Assembly: GCF_009914755.1 (NCBI RefSeq)
Contig: NC_060926.1
Direction: 5' to 3' (one strand)
Length of the DNA stretch: 64,000 bases
Source of the DNA: the human T2T-CHM13v2.0 reference genome, Homo sapiens
The translations under genes and the position numbers were made by a program. The notes under the pieces are model-generated. The model did not search any database. It saw nothing but the letters and a program-made list of their open reading frames with translations, and was not told the DNA's origin. Shown here piece after piece: positions 13,190-29,559 of this stretch (the stretch's first letter is position 1; the number at the start of each line of letters is the position of its first letter).

Positions 13190-14460
13190 ATGAAGCCCCT
13201 AAATGGTTACGAATAGATTTCTACAGGATATGTCCAGAACTCTTGTTTTACCACCCACACCTTCTCCCTACCTTAGTCTTCCCCAACTTGGTAAATGACA
13301 CCACCTTTCAGTTTCAGTCTGAATATAAGAGACTGTCTTTGACTCCTATATTTTTCTCACATCCTATATCTAATGGATCAGCATATCTGAGGGTTTCATC
13401 AGCAAATCAAATCTGAGGGTTCTAGATTCAAAACATAATCAGAATCACACCACTTCACATTCTACTACTGCTGCCACGCTGTCCAAGCCTATGGTGGTGG
13501 TTTGGATAATCTCACATGGATTATTGCAGCTACTGCTTACCTGGTCTCTCTGCTAGGATCCTTGCCTCCCTGCAGTTCATCCTCTGCACAGCATACAAAA
13601 TGGCAAGCTGCTGGAGGGGTTTTCTCCCCAGCTCCACCCTCAGCTTTCAGCCATCCCTGTGCCTATGCCTCAGAGAGCATCTCTCCACACTCCTGCCCCT
13701 CTCCCCAAGGTGGACCATTGTTGCTTATTACCTGGGAAAGGGGTTGGGAATTTCTCTGTTGTCATTGCCCAACTTTAGTCTTAGGTGAATCCTGTGTTGC
13801 TGGATTCTAGAGGTGGTGTTTAGTGATGCTGTCTTCTTACCTATGACAGCCAAACTCTGCTCTGTGTCTTAGGTGAGTCTTCTGCAAGACAGTATTTCCT
13901 GCCCTGTCCAGCAGTAGGAGCCCTTAAATAGGCTTGACCCAGGATACTTTCCTATTCCTCCCCCAAAGTCAGAGGGCATTTCTTTCGCCCTCTCTCTGGC
14001 AGCAGCAGTGGTCTTCACCTGTACCTGGGACAACAGGATTTGCTGCCTTTCCCTCAGTGACCTCAGACAGGCTTTTGTTCTATAGGAGAGAAAGATTCTG
14101 TCCAGCGGAATTTTCCAGTCCTTTCATCTGCCTTCTATTCTTCTAATCTTTTTGTGGGATGTCCCACGGAGAAGAGCCTATAAGTGGGTGCAAACACTGC
14201 TGTCTATGCCCCAAGGGCATATGTATGGCAGCCCTCATTCTGCCCACACTCTGCCCATAGGTGAGCCAGTGTTTGCCTTTCAGGTCCTTGGAGGCACCTG
14301 TCTTATCTTAAATTTCAGACTGTTGGCTGCCCTGTGAATTCACCAGATGGGGCTGACAAAAGTTTAGGTCTAGTGGTCTATCTGTCTTTTTTTATTGTTG
14401 GGCTGGGAGCTACTCTTTCTAGCTTCCTACATCCTAGGCCAAAGTAGCCTCCCCCAAAAC
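13190..14460. mobile_element. Degenerate L2 and old L1M fragments
   Basis: L2-like ctttgactcc...ggattattgcagct...cctggtctc; L1M-like ttaaatttcagactgttgg near 14310. Boundaries approximate. Confidence 0.4.
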
Positions 14461-15209
14461 TAGATTTTTGCAATAGTCTTACTTTTAGCTTCCCTGTCAT
14501 CTTTCTCTCTCCCATCTCAGATTATGCTTTCCAACACTTGTTTCATTATGTTTTCCTCTAACACAAATTCTTTATTTCCTAGCAGATTAATTCCAATGTT
14601 ATAAGCTGACATTCAGAAGATCATACTTTTTAGTGCTTGGAAGGCCCTTAAGAGTCGTTTACAGACCAACTACCTTTCTAATCTTCTCTCTTTTTACCTT
14701 CAGTTCAAACCCTTCCTCTTTTAGACACAGTCTCTTAGTGTCTCAACCCACAAACATCCATTGGACACTTGATTATTATGTATCACATTAGGTACACTGG
14801 ATTCAGAAATGAATCAAATACAGACCTTCCTCCCATGAAGCTACAGCTTAATGCACATTTTGCTCATTTCTACTTTTACCTTAGCTCATTCTGTGCCATT
14901 GAGCAATAGGCCTGCCATACCATATCCTCCGTTCTGTAACTGGTTCTTCATGCAAACCTTAGTCCAAGCATCATGATCTCATAATGTCTTCTTTAACTAT
15001 TTCAGTCTCATTCTTATTTCCCTTCCTTGTGTTCTAAGGTACTTCATTTGTATCTTTCTTCTATCCCTAATTAAATTATAAGTCCCATGAATAAATGCAC
15101 CAAATTTTAGCAAAACTTCATGTTCTACCATATTAGTTTCTGACCCTTTAGGTACTCAATTCATACTTGTAAATGATGTTATATGTCATAGTCATTAGAA
15201 ACATCACCT

Positions 15210-15365
15210 GGGGTCAGACAAACCTGTGTTCAATTTCAGACTTATTTGTCATTTGAGGGAGGCTTTTTAACCACAGTTTTATTTTCCTCATTTGAACAAT
15301 GATGAATACAAGGTTGTTGTCAGGATAAATGAGATTTGTATATAAAGTGCCTGACAGGTAGTAAG
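15210..15365 (+). mobile_element. MIR SINE
   Basis: gggtcagacaaacctg...ttttcctcattt...gataaatgagat...aaagtgcctg. Confidence 0.65.
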
Positions 15366-15476
15366 GTACAGTAAAGAGGAGACAGAGTATATCAGCCCTA
15401 AATTCTGGGTGCAGCAAAGCACCCATATGCAGCCACAGGCTGATTTTACCCAGGTACAGAGGGTCTTAAAGCTCAC

Positions 15477-15616
15477 CTACAGGAACTTAAAACCATGAAG
15501 GCTTCATTAGTAGTTAGTGCAGAAAGTATTGCTGACCCTTTGCCTGGCTTTGCAGTCACAATCATAACACAAGTAGAAATACCATCAGCAGCGTGGTGAA
15601 ACACAAGAATCTCAAC
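15477..15616 (-). pseudogene. Pseudo-exon, ~140 nt, phase 0-2: VEILVFHHAADGISTCVMIVTAKPGKGSAILSALTTNEAFMVLSSC
   Basis: Acceptor region gtttttcacttaggcagatag (alternative AGs at 15620 and 15624), donor AG|gtgagc; 46 codons with no stop. Confidence 0.7.
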
Positions 15617-15984
15617 CTATCTGCCTAAGTGAAAAACGCCACTACAACACTAGTTTAAAATATTTAAATAAAGTGCACATTTCTTCAAAAATTCTGGTTC
15701 AGAGGGAACCGAAAGTAAGCAACTTGATCAGAAGCCTGCAGCAGAAATCCTGTCTCTTTAGATAGTGGAAAGGGAATATTTAATTGCAAAATATGTAAGT
15801 TCTTTTTTTTTTTTTCCTTTTAAAGATAGTCTTTAGAGAGCAGCATGCAACATACCAGTAACATTGCCACTAGGTCTAACAGAAGTCAACACTGAGGTTC
15901 ACTGGAAACGGCGCTAACCCTAAGTTGATGGCCTTCATCTTTCTCTTGAAGAATACTCTAAATTATGAGGAATAAATAAATAAT

Positions 15985-16241
15985 GGAAGGAAGGAAGAAA
16001 AGAAGGAAGGCAGGAAGGAAGGAAGGGAGGAAGGCAGGGAGGGAGGGAGGGAGGGAAGGAGGGAAAGAAAGACAAAGAAGAAAGGAGAAAGGAAGAAAGA
16101 AAGACAGATGAAAGAGAAAGAAAGAGAGAGAGAGGGAGGGAGGGAGGGAAAGAAGGAAGGAAGGAAGGAAGGAAGGAGAAAAGAAAGGAAAGGAAAGGAA
16201 AAGAAAAGAAAAAAGAAAAGAAAAGAAAAGAAAAGAAAAAA
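15985..16241 (+). repeat. Polypurine (GGAA/GGGA/GAAA/AAAAG)n simple repeat
   Basis: About 255 bp of almost pure A/G on the + strand. Confidence 0.95.
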
Positions 16242-19310
<3,069 letters not shown>

Positions 19311-20929
19311 TTAAATACATAAATAAAGCAAAGAGAAAAAAGAATGAGAGTAGACAGGAGATTTATGGTTCTGTCTGTAAAATCAAATGGAGGGTCAAAG
19401 AAGAAAAACTGGGAAGAAATCCAGCAGTCAGGAGCATGAGAAGCACAAAAGAGACTAAAGAGTCAGCGATTTCAAATAAGGTCAAGCAGTTAGCACAGGT
19501 CATTCTTGCAGAAACCTCTGTGGCATTGCTGCCCACTTCAAGAATGACAGAGAAGACCTCTGACCTCTGGGAAGAAAACCAGAGTGAGGAGCATTTAAGT
19601 AGCAATTGAAGACAAGCTTATATAAATAAGAAGGTATTTATCTAAGCCAATTTGTAGTATTCACTTAAAAATTCCTTTGTAATATGTAAATGTAGGTAAT
19701 TAGTGGTTAACATGTATCTAGTTTTTTAATAGTTGTGATTAAGTGATTTTATTAAAGATACTATAATTTTCTTTCTCATAAGCATTGGATATCTTAACCC
19801 TCTGTTTATCTCTTGGACTTACGCTAACCTTACAAGGGCCATTTGGGAGAATGTTACCAAAATTGCAGGAAAGCATTTTGTTTGAGGTGCCCGAACTAGT
19901 TTCTTGCAACTAGCCCTAGCATATTTTAATTTAGATTTCTTTATTTTGTCTTTTATCCAACAGAGAAACATTGTGCATCCAGTTTTCTAAGCTCTGAGCT
20001 TCACCAGTTATTCCTCTGCCTGTTCTGCCTGTAGCTAAACCCTCCAGCTTGCCGTCTAATAGTAACTTCATTACATTTAAGAAAACCCTGAGATTGAAGA
20101 TGGCTAGTTGCAAGAAGATTTATCTGTTTATCTGAATAGTAATAAGCAAATCTGACATTGAATCCATCTCCTGACTTGCTTAAAGAATAACATAATAGAT
20201 TCTGATGCCGGCAGTATAAAGCTTTCAGTTAAACCTATTCACATTGTGTGTGTGAGCACACGTGTGTATGGTCGTGTGTGTATGTGCATGAGCTTTCATG
20301 TATATTCTACAATGGGCACACAAATAGATCAATCCCTACTGATCTTTATCACAGGCCTGGGAAGGTATGAGACCAGCCTCATTCTGATAGGGTAAGTTTG
20401 GGTGATGAAAGCTTCAGAGTGAATCAGGAACCTTGGTCCCAAAGGTCTGGCTAAGAGCTATAATGTGAATGGGAATGGCTAGCAAGAGAGGGAGGAAAGC
20501 AGGGAGTGTGAAAATTTAGTGCATATAGAAAAGAGAATTAGGGGACAATACAGTGTCCAGTTTCATCCAAAATCTCTGTGCGATCACAGAACTTGTAAAA
20601 TCTCTCAGAGTCATCAGGAGGAAGTAACACAATATCAGGACAACACTGGCAGTAAGATGTTACATGCCGAGAGGAAGACCATGTAGGAATCCAAGCCGAT
20701 TAGAAAGGAATACTGGCAGATGCCCCAAGTCAGGGTGGAGGGCTTGCAGGGAAGTATTTGTGGGACCATCCATAGGAGCATTAAGAGGGTGGTGCAGAGT
20801 CTTTAAGGAAACTGGAGGTCTTGGTCTGCTAGGTAACATTAAATATGACTTAGAAGAGGTGCCAGGGAAGCTTCTCTGAAAGCAAACCTTAGGACAGCCT
20901 TTTCAGGTCAAAGCTCATGTTTACACAAG

Positions 20930-21280
20930 GCAATAATGAATGCTCTTTTTTTTTTACATGTCTTTCTGTAGAAATATATTTTTATTTCTTTTGCATAAAT
21001 AGCTAGGAGTGGAAATAATGGATTGCATTGTAAGTGCTTATTTAATTTTGCAACAATGCCAAGCCATCGGCTTCAGGAGCAGCATCACTTTTCACTATTA
21101 TTAAAAGAGCACAAGGGTTCCAGTGGCTCCATTTCCTCACCAACACCTGCCATTGCCAGTCTTTCCAATTTTAGCCATTTTAGTGGTGTGAAGAGGCATC
21201 TCATCATGGTTTTAATTTGGATTTCTCTAATGACTAATGATGTTGAGCACCTTTCCATGTGCTTATTGGCCAGTTGCATT
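20930..21280 (-). mobile_element. L1M fragment (ORF2 C-terminal region)
   Basis: ORF 21085-21330 ANKHMERCSTSLVIREIQIKTMMR is the L1 ORF2 C-terminal motif. Confidence 0.8.
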
Positions 21281-21389
21281 GGGATTCCTCTAATTATAGT
21301 AATATCCACCTGTAAGAGATAGAAACTCATGTAGGGGGTGGAAACCTGTTTCTTTTCTTTCTTTTTTAAAGCCTCTTAGAACTTGTTTT

Positions 21390-22181
21390 ATTTTTTATTT
21401 TTCAATTAATTTTTTTTATTTTCATAGTTTATTGGGAAACAGGTGGTGTTTGGTTACATAAGTTATTTAGTATTCATGAGATTCATGAGATTTTGGTGTA
21501 CCCACCACCTGAGCAGTATACACTGCACACAATTTGTAGTCTTTTATCCCTGGCCCCCTTCCCACCCTTTACCCCTAAGTTCCCAAAGTCCATTGTGTCA
21601 TTCTTAGGCCTTTGCATTCTCATAGCTTAGCTCCCACTTATGAGTGAGAACATATGATGTTTGGTTTTCCATTCCTGAGTTACTTCACTTAGAATAACAC
21701 TCTCCAATTTCATCCAGGTCACTGTGAATGCAATTAATTCATTCATTTTTATGGCCGAGTAGTATTCCATCATTCATATTTATCACAGTTTCTTTATCCA
21801 CTCGTTGGTTGATGGGCATTTGGGTTGATTCCACATTTTTGCAGTTGCGAATTGTGCTGCTATAAACATGCATGTTCAAGTATATGTTTTGTATAATGAC
21901 TTCTTTTCTTCTGGGTAGAAACCCAGTCGTGAAATTGCTAGATTAAATGGTAGTTCTACTTTTAGTTCTTTAAGGAATATCTACTGTTTTCCATAGTGAT
22001 TGTACTAGTTTATATTCCCATCAGCAGTATAGAAGTGTTCCCTGTTCACCGCATCCACACCAACATCTATTGTTTTTTGATTTTTTAATTTATTTTTTGA
22101 TTATGGCCATGCTTGCAGGAGTGTAAGGTGGTATTGCATTGTGATTTTGATTTGCATTTCCCTAATCATTAGTGATGTTGA
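21390..22181 (-). mobile_element. L1PB-like 3' end
   Basis: T-rich tail then ggaaacaggtggtgtttggttacat, cccacttatgagtgagaacat, ttgcatttccctaatcattagtgatgttga. Confidence 0.88.
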
Positions 22182-22319
22182 CCTAATACTCAACATCCAA
22201 GTATAAGAATCTAAGTATAAGAAAGGCCACCTCACCAACAGGTACAACACCTCTTGCCTTCTGTATCTCTGCTTTATCTAAAGTCTGAACCCAGGAAGAG
22301 TCAGAATTAATTAAAAGGC

Positions 22320-22690
22320 TAACTATATAAAGAACAATATTTTGACAATTAGCAAGACTTGAATAAGGTCTATAGATTAGATAATAATACTGTATCAAAG
22401 TTAATTTTCCAACTTTAATAATTGCACTGTGGTTTTATAAGAGAAAATCTTTGTCTTAAGCGATATGCACCAAAGTATTTAGGGATAAAGAGGTACCATA
22501 TTTGCAACTTTTAAATGTTTATTAAAAATATATGAGGTGGGAGAGACAAGGAAAAGGAGAATGATGAAACAAATGTGGCAAAATATTAACAGTCAAGGCA
22601 CCTAGGTAAAGGTTATGCAGAAGTTCCGTGTTTCTTGCAACTACTCTAAGTTTGAGGTAATTTCAAAACATAAAGTTATTATAAAAAGTC
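22320..22690 (+). mobile_element. Old L1M 3'UTR fragment
   Basis: gtctatagattagataata...ttcttgcaact...gtttgaggtaatttcaaaa. Confidence 0.6.
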
Positions 22691-23376
22691 TTTGTCAACA
22701 ACAAAAAAGATATAAATAGAGCTATTCTTATTTGTAGAATGGAGGCTTCTTAAGCTTTAGGACCCAAGTGATGTTGAAAATGTGGCATGCTCACTGCAAA
22801 ATACACTCTACCTCCCACCCAGCATCCTTAATTTTATGGCTATCATTTCTAGAGGTTAAATTTTTTTCAGAAATCTCTGTGAAAAGGTAAACATGTCTTA
22901 TTTGGAAGGGTACTGCCTTAATCTCTTCTCATTGTCTAAGTGAAAGAAAGCATGACTCTAAGGAATTTTTTTCTCTCTGGCTTTTTTGAGACTAACCCAA
23001 CCAAAAGCCTTGTCCCTCTTTTCATGAATGTAGATTTTGCTTTCATTAGTTGTATAAAATCACATTAAACTCCCTCTGGGAGAACAGTAACATTTAATGT
23101 CAAAATAATTTCTTTTGACTGATATATCATGTTTCTAGAAAAAGGCTCAAAAATTTTGTTTGTGATTCTCAGCAGACAATAATACTTATAGTCTGGTGTA
23201 TTAGCCACAGTCATTTTTTGTGCTAAGTCCAGTAGGGATTTGGTATTGGATTCCTACTTAAGTGAAAATCACGATGCTGATTTTTTTGAATCATTTGCTT
23301 TGTGTTTCACATTTTAATGTAACACATTTATTGAGACTTTATCCAATGGTAAGAAATTCACAGATAAAAATATTAC

Positions 23377-23439
23377 ACATATCCTATAGGTGCTTGCAGA
23401 AAGACCCTTTCATTTTCACTCCAGTATTCCAGCCTGAGT
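23377..23439 (-). pseudogene. Pseudo-exon, ~61-63 nt, phase 2 start: (R)LRLEYWSENERVFLQAPIGY
   Basis: Strong acceptor ggtttttattttccag; open in the frame set by exon 24056-24156; donor weak (gtaata or gtgtaa). Confidence 0.63.
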
Positions 23440-24055
23440 CTGGAAAATAAAAACCTCTATCACTTCATAATTTCTACCCACTCTTGAAAGGATGGTTGAC
23501 ATCTCATTGGTGGAGCTGAAAAACAGTTGAGCCTGTTCAACTTGGGGCCTTTCTCCTTTCTCTATTCAGATTAACTAGGGTGAGTGCATTCTTCTCTGTT
23601 CCTATTTCAGGGAGCAACCACCCATAGGTCCGGAGTTAGACTCACTTGCTAGAGGCAGTTCTGAAGGTCCATCTCATTCTCTGTTTGAAGACTCAGAGAT
23701 ATAAAGCAACAGTCCTCAGTGATTATATCTGCTCTGGAAAGACCACTATAGCCTTTCCAATAATAAAAACAATAGTCCATTAACTATCTTTCTGATTCTT
23801 TTATAATTTACATAAATTTGTTCAGAACTCCAAAGAGGAAGAGTGCTATTTACTGGCCCCTTAAAATAACAACATTCTTATAGCTTAGTTTTTCTACTTT
23901 CATATTTGTGGTCTTTCTTTTTGTGAATTCACACTGCACTGACTGAGGTTTAAAGGCAACTTAGATTTCTACTAGGAATTGGTAATTAATAAAACTTCTA
24001 CTTTTATTCCAAAACAAACTAAGTATTCATTATCTGATGAGTATGTGTTTATTAC

Positions 24056-24156
24056 CGGGCATTAGTGGCCATTAGGAAATGCAGTCCTTTCATTTCAGAA
24101 GGCTTCGTTTGAACTTCACAAATCACATTACAAACTCTGTCAACACCTTCAACTTT
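24056..24156 (-). pseudogene. Pseudo-exon, 101 nt, phase 0-2: KVEGVDRVCNVICEVQTKPSEMKGLHFLMATNA(R)
   Basis: Acceptor ttctctatttattgacttcatcag, donor CG|gtaata; fully open. Confidence 0.72.
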
Positions 24157-24649
24157 CTGATGAAGTCAATAAATAGAGAAACTGGACTGGGACAGGACCT
24201 AGCCCGGCTTGGAAGGTCAGATGCAAAGTGGAGCAGCCTGGGTCTGGAAGAGACTCAATCACTGCAGGCAGCAGAGCCAGAGGAGCTGACCCAGCAACCA
24301 AAACTGTCTCCCTCCAGGAGGCTAGTGGCTATTAGGAGAGTTCCTTCTTTATTCTTTTGAAATTTGTATTATGATAAAGAGAGATAAAGTCTGAGAATGT
24401 TGCCAATCTAAAGGGAACAAAACAAATAAACAAGAAGTCAATCCAGTGAACTGAATTCTGGTCATACCATTAGACTTCTAAATCAAGCTGTGATCCTTGG
24501 TGTTTTTGTTAGGAGAGCCATTAAATACACTATCTTAAGGAAGTCATGGTAGGCTTTCTCCAATTTGTGCTTGAATAAATATTAGCTGATCGAGAAAATC
24601 TACTTATGCTTTTCAATTTTCTTTACTTTAGGCATAAGGTAAATGCTGT

Positions 24650-25150
24650 AATGGTATATCATTCAGTTTGAAACAGAAAAATAAAAATTATACTAAGTGT
24701 TTAAACCAGAGGAAACAATACAGGGAATCAATCCCCCACGTGATGAAAGAGCTAAAAGATGACCAGGGGATGGTGAGGCAACCTACAAATGAGCAGCAGC
24801 AGGCAGCCTGGAGGAGGCTGTTCACTAGAGCCCAAAGGCCAGGGTTGTCTGACAGAATTTGAAATACAGCAGATCCATCAATGAAATCCAGAGCCATGGA
24901 GAGACTCAGACACTGAGAGGGATGCTGCCTGAGTCACACAGATGGGGGAAAGACCCTGGCTCTTCCCCTTCACTCTCCCTCTGACCTTCTGTCTGTGACT
25001 CCCTTTGGCTAAACCCATGTAATCAGCTGATACAGGGAGGGCCCAAAAACACAGCCTGCAAGGATTGCTCTCCCTGCAAGCCCTCATCTAGTGATACTAA
25101 GTAAAGCAAGAAGGGATCTGAAAGCAAACAAGCTAAAACTCTGCACAAGC
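24650..25150. mobile_element. Old LTR (ERVL/MaLR-like) fragment
   Basis: ttcagtttgaaacagaaa..., gactccctttggctaaaccc, ggatctgaaagcaaac resemble ancient LTR text; subfamily not assignable. Confidence 0.4.
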
Positions 25151-25383
25151 AGTGTTTGTAAATTAGCAAATATCCCATCTTGAAAGTGTTAAATGTTTAT
25201 TCCAGTGCTTTCTAACCAGAAGAATGGAGGATACAAGAAGTATTTGCTCACCATGTCCATTCTGTTCCTCATTTCTTCCTCCCAAACCATAAGGAATAAA
25301 GAAAATGGGTGTTTTTTTTTTTAAAGATCTCCAAATAATTCAGATTACACTTTTATTGTTCCTCATTCCTTCATCTTTCTTAC

Positions 25384-25465
25384 CTGGAAACAAGGCTCTA
25401 CCTCAAGTCAAAATTCAAAATGGTATGCTTAAATGGTAATATTCTTAATGATTTTCCCTTCTTTC
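25384..25465 (-). pseudogene. Pseudo-exon, 82 nt, phase 2-0: KEGKIIKNITI*AYHFEF*LEVEPCFQ
   Basis: Acceptor ttcctcccaattttaaagtag, strong donor CAG|gtaaga. Confidence 0.7.
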
Positions 25466-27697
25466 CTACTTTAAAATTGGGAGGAACAAAACACTCTAAC
25501 AAATGAACAAACCACAAAAAAATGTTTTCTATTCTAGGAATTCCAAGACCACTAAACCAACATTAATTCTTAATTATAGGTTCAAATATGAGAATTTATA
25601 AAACTAAAAGGAGACAAAATTTAAAGAAAACACAGTGGCTTTATGTGATACATCAAAACCTTTTTAAGTATGACTTTTAGTATGAGTTAAATGGATTTCT
25701 GTTTTAGAAAGTAAAAATGACACTCTGCCTGACCTCTCAGTCCATAATAGCATTCCTTGGCACCATCTATAATGATTTTGTCCCAACTCTACCTATAATA
25801 CTATAAAGTGGAGGCAGCAGAACCTAGGTCTGAAACTAGGGAATAATTAGTTCTATCCATGAGTGGAGATTTTATGAGTTCAGTAAATGAGGAGTGTCTG
25901 GTTGAGTACTTAGGAGGAAAGGGGGAATTTGATGTAGTGAAGTCATAATATACTACATATCCGGAACCTTCTCAGGAATCTAAAGGTCATCTGCCTTTCA
26001 GTCCCCAAGAAATACAACCCTGCAGAAACCTCCCTGGCCATTTACAACCTGCCTGGCTCAGCTTTCCCTCAGGGCCTGAAGGATTGCCCCATCTGCCAAC
26101 TCAGGCAGCCAGACTATCCTGAGGCCTTTTCTAAATCCTTGATATACGATCTCACCTGTCCTGCATGGAATATGAGGCTAAAATATTATCAGAGAATGTG
26201 CCCAGGCTGCAGCAGTCAGATTTAACCCCTGTTCTGGGAGGTGATATTTGGGAAGGTAATTAAGGACTGAATAATAGGCTTCCTCATATGACCATGAGAG
26301 TCACCTCTGAGAATTTAGAAACCTAAAGTCCAGTGTGATGAGACGCAATCAGGGACAGGAGAGAGTTTCAGACATTAAGGGGCTCTGACAAAGCTTTTCC
26401 AACAACCCCTTCCCTATCACCCAGAAAGAATTCATTGGGATGCCCAAATCTGATGTCAGCTATTCCCTGGGGACATCGGAATGCTCTCAAGATGCAATGA
26501 GGATGCATAGTGAGCAGCTAAAACACCCCTGAAGATCCTTATTTCTTTCTTATATTGGTGTTATCAATCTATTTATTCATTTATTCTCTTGGCACTGTCT
26601 TCCTTTTCTCTCCATCCTTCTCTTTCTATACAAATAGATTTGAACCACAAATGAACAAAATTGAAAAGTATTTTCCAGGTTAACAAAGTTCTCTCCCCGT
26701 AGAATTTTATACTTTGATGTGCTGCCCTCTGTCTGATGTTTAGTGTTTTCCATAATGATGAAGTCATCTTTCCAACTGCAAAGTCATTTGATAACCCAGC
26801 CAATTACCTTAAATTTTTAATTTTTAATTTTTTAATTTTTAAAGTTGTTTATTAGCCAATAATTGACTGATTAATAATTTCCACCTTGTTCTACAATTGA
26901 TTTAATGTGCTTTATAAGGACATGTATATTTTAAGATATAAATTAAATATATGTAAGAAAAAAGAAAGCAAAACAAGAATAAGATATAAAATTGAGCAAG
27001 AATTGAAGTGAATACACACACACACACACATAAATAAACATTGAGATCAAAATAATCACATTCCAGTAGGTAGCTTAGAAGTTTATATGTAAGCTTTAGA
27101 AAACATAAAATTGCAAACATGGTCAGTTGAACCATTAAAAAATGTATATGGTCCATTAGACAAATGCAACCCATCCTGACATAAAACCTGAAATAAAATC
27201 CCCTCATGTAATGTAATTAAAAATTTATCAATAACTAGCTTACAGAAAACACAATTGCAATATTTTAGGGACATTTTCTATAATATTCCTAGATATAAAC
27301 CAATGTCATCGTGACGAAGTCCAATTCCACCAGAGAGATACAGCAGGTTCACAGTTACAGGAATTAGCTCTGTGCTGGAATAAATTATTAAAGTAACAGA
27401 TTTCAGAGCACGTGGAGGTAAAAATGTACTGCTTAAGTATAGTTAAGCAAATAACAAATCTTTATTACAGAGTGCTTCTCTCAGCTAAGCTTTGACAGCT
27501 GTAAGGAGTAAATGGTTTACTATACGGTCTCTCAACTACTACTCTTGTGTTTTTAGTTAAAAACCAGCCTTCATGCCTTGATATTAAAGCTAGGGTTTTA
27601 TAAGACAGCACTCTATCATAAAATTTTCACCTTACACAAATATGTATTCTGCCTCAGCTCAGAGATGAACCAAGAATAGGATGAAAGTTTTCCTTAC

Positions 27698-27789
27698 ACA
27701 CTTATTTGGATCAACTTCAAGATTCAGATGAAATGATTGGCAAAATCCCAGGGTTCTACTGTCTGTAATTTTGCTCCAATAAGTTTGGC
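27698..27789 (-). pseudogene. Pseudo-exon, 92 nt, phase 0-2: AKLIGAKLQTVEPWDFANHFI*ILKLIQIS(V)
   Basis: Acceptor acatttttctag, donor gtaagg. The alternative frame GQTYWSKITDSRTLGFCQSFHLNLEVDPNKC is fully open. Confidence 0.72.
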
Positions 27790-27999
27790 CTAGAAAAATG
27801 TCAACAAGGTTATAAGTAGATTCATGTATTCATTCAATGTCTGTTGAGCTCCTGCTACGTTTCAGGCCCTCTCCTAGATGTTAGAGAAAGAGCAGTAAGC
27901 TAGCAGTAAACAGACAAAAATTCAATCCTCCATGATCTTACCTTCCAGTGGATATCTGAGTTGGTTATTAAAAAATTCAATAAAACATTTTTTCAATAC

Positions 28000-28056
28000 C
28001 TGGATTTGAGAAAGCCCATTTCTAAGTGTACTTTCCCAAAAATGATGTTTGAAAAC
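28000..28056 (-). pseudogene. Pseudo-exon, 57 nt, phase 0-0: VFKHHFWESTLRNGLSQIQ
   Basis: Acceptor ttaatagttttag, donor CAG|gtattg; open. Confidence 0.68.
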
Positions 28057-28891
28057 CTAAAACTATTAATATATCTCATTTCTCAATGTATACCTCTTCT
28101 TAAATTCAATGTCTTTTTTTGCAATCACTTTGTAGGCCATTTTAAAAATCATCTTTATGTTATCTCACAGCTTTTATCATCAATTTTATAGACACTTCCA
28201 ACATAAATACTTATTACAAATATAGAAAATGATTTTGTAACATTACATAAATGATGACATTATATATATTCCTGAGGGGGGAATATTTCACTATTTTCTT
28301 GACTATTGAAAATTTTAAGGAATTCTTGTTAGTTTTTCACAACCCATTCTCAGTCTAGTAAAAGGTAGTTATCAAATCTGATAATCTGGAAAAGGATATT
28401 TTATATTCTATTCTCCGTGTTTAGTCTTTGTAAATTAACGTTAATTTCTATGTTCTGTATTTCTGGTGTATATTAAGTGCTTATTAATCAAATACTAGTT
28501 TCTGTTTAGTGAGGAATTGACACTAATATGTCAAAAATGTGAAAAAGTAGATCACAATTTTATTACACTCAGATTTTTCGAAATATTTCTAATTTAAAGA
28601 ATTATATTGTGTTATACAATGCAATAATATAGGGACAGTCCAGATTTATGAGTTAAATCACACTATTCCTTCATAGAGAGTTATAAATATTCCAGTTTGC
28701 CTACTATTTGGGTCAGGACTATGTCATAATCAATTATGTGACTCAAACATGTGGGAAATTATATATTTTTAATGAAATATTTCATATAAGTAGTCATGAT
28801 TCGAAATACATTATTTTAATGAAATGTTCTTTAAGAAAAAGAGGGTTTTTTTTAGTCATGAATGTGAATAAAAATAGAAAGACATACTCAC

Positions 28892-28924
28892 GGGATGCAA
28901 AACAATCCCCCAATCCACAAAATT
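28892..28924 (-). pseudogene. Pseudo-exon, 33 nt, phase 0-0: NFVDWGIVLHP
   Basis: Acceptor caaatttacag, consensus donor gtgagt; open. Confidence 0.65.
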
Positions 28925-29559
28925 CTGTAAATTTGATTATTTTTTATTTCCTATAATTATTTGCAATAGTAAATTTTTAGATATGTTTATTTCTAAACAT
29001 GTAAATAGTTTAAAATAAGGTAAAATTTAGGAGATATTGAATGGATTTTAAAATGCTCAAGGGGGGTTTATTTTAGGCACAATGGTAATTAGGTGAATTT
29101 ATAAGTAAGAAGTAAGAGAACTGGCCCTGTTCTGAGGCAGAATTTTTCCAAAAGCAAAAAATACAGAACAGACAAAAAGGAAGAATGATTCAATACAGCA
29201 ATTAATAAATTGAACACATGTTATACATTTTAAAACAAGAAGTTCTTTAGCAAGTGAAATTAGAAGAAAAATATCAATAGCTAATATGTACCAATGTACT
29301 GAACTCCTGGTCTCTGCTCTAGTCATTTTATATGTAATCATTTACTCTTCCTAACAACCCTTCTGGGTCAGTACTTTTCTATCCCCATTTTGCAGGCAAG
29401 TAAACCGAGTCACAAAAACTCAGAAAAACTTGCTCAAGGTCACTCAACTAGTAAGTTGTGAAACTGGGGCTTTAACTCAGGTATTCTGGCTTCAGAACCC
29501 CTATGATATCCCTAATATTATAACAAGCATAAAAATAATATTTAAAATGAAAAACTGTG

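Noticed and set aside
19823-19915. Candidate 93-nt minus-strand exon ASCKKLVRAPQTKCFPAILVTFSQMALVRL
   Set aside because: Good donor and open frame but no polypyrimidine tract; not needed for the phase chain, so left uncalled.
27293-27417. Plus-strand AG...GT segment
   Set aside because: Isolated, contains stops and has no partner exons; could be a lncRNA exon but this cannot be supported from sequence alone.
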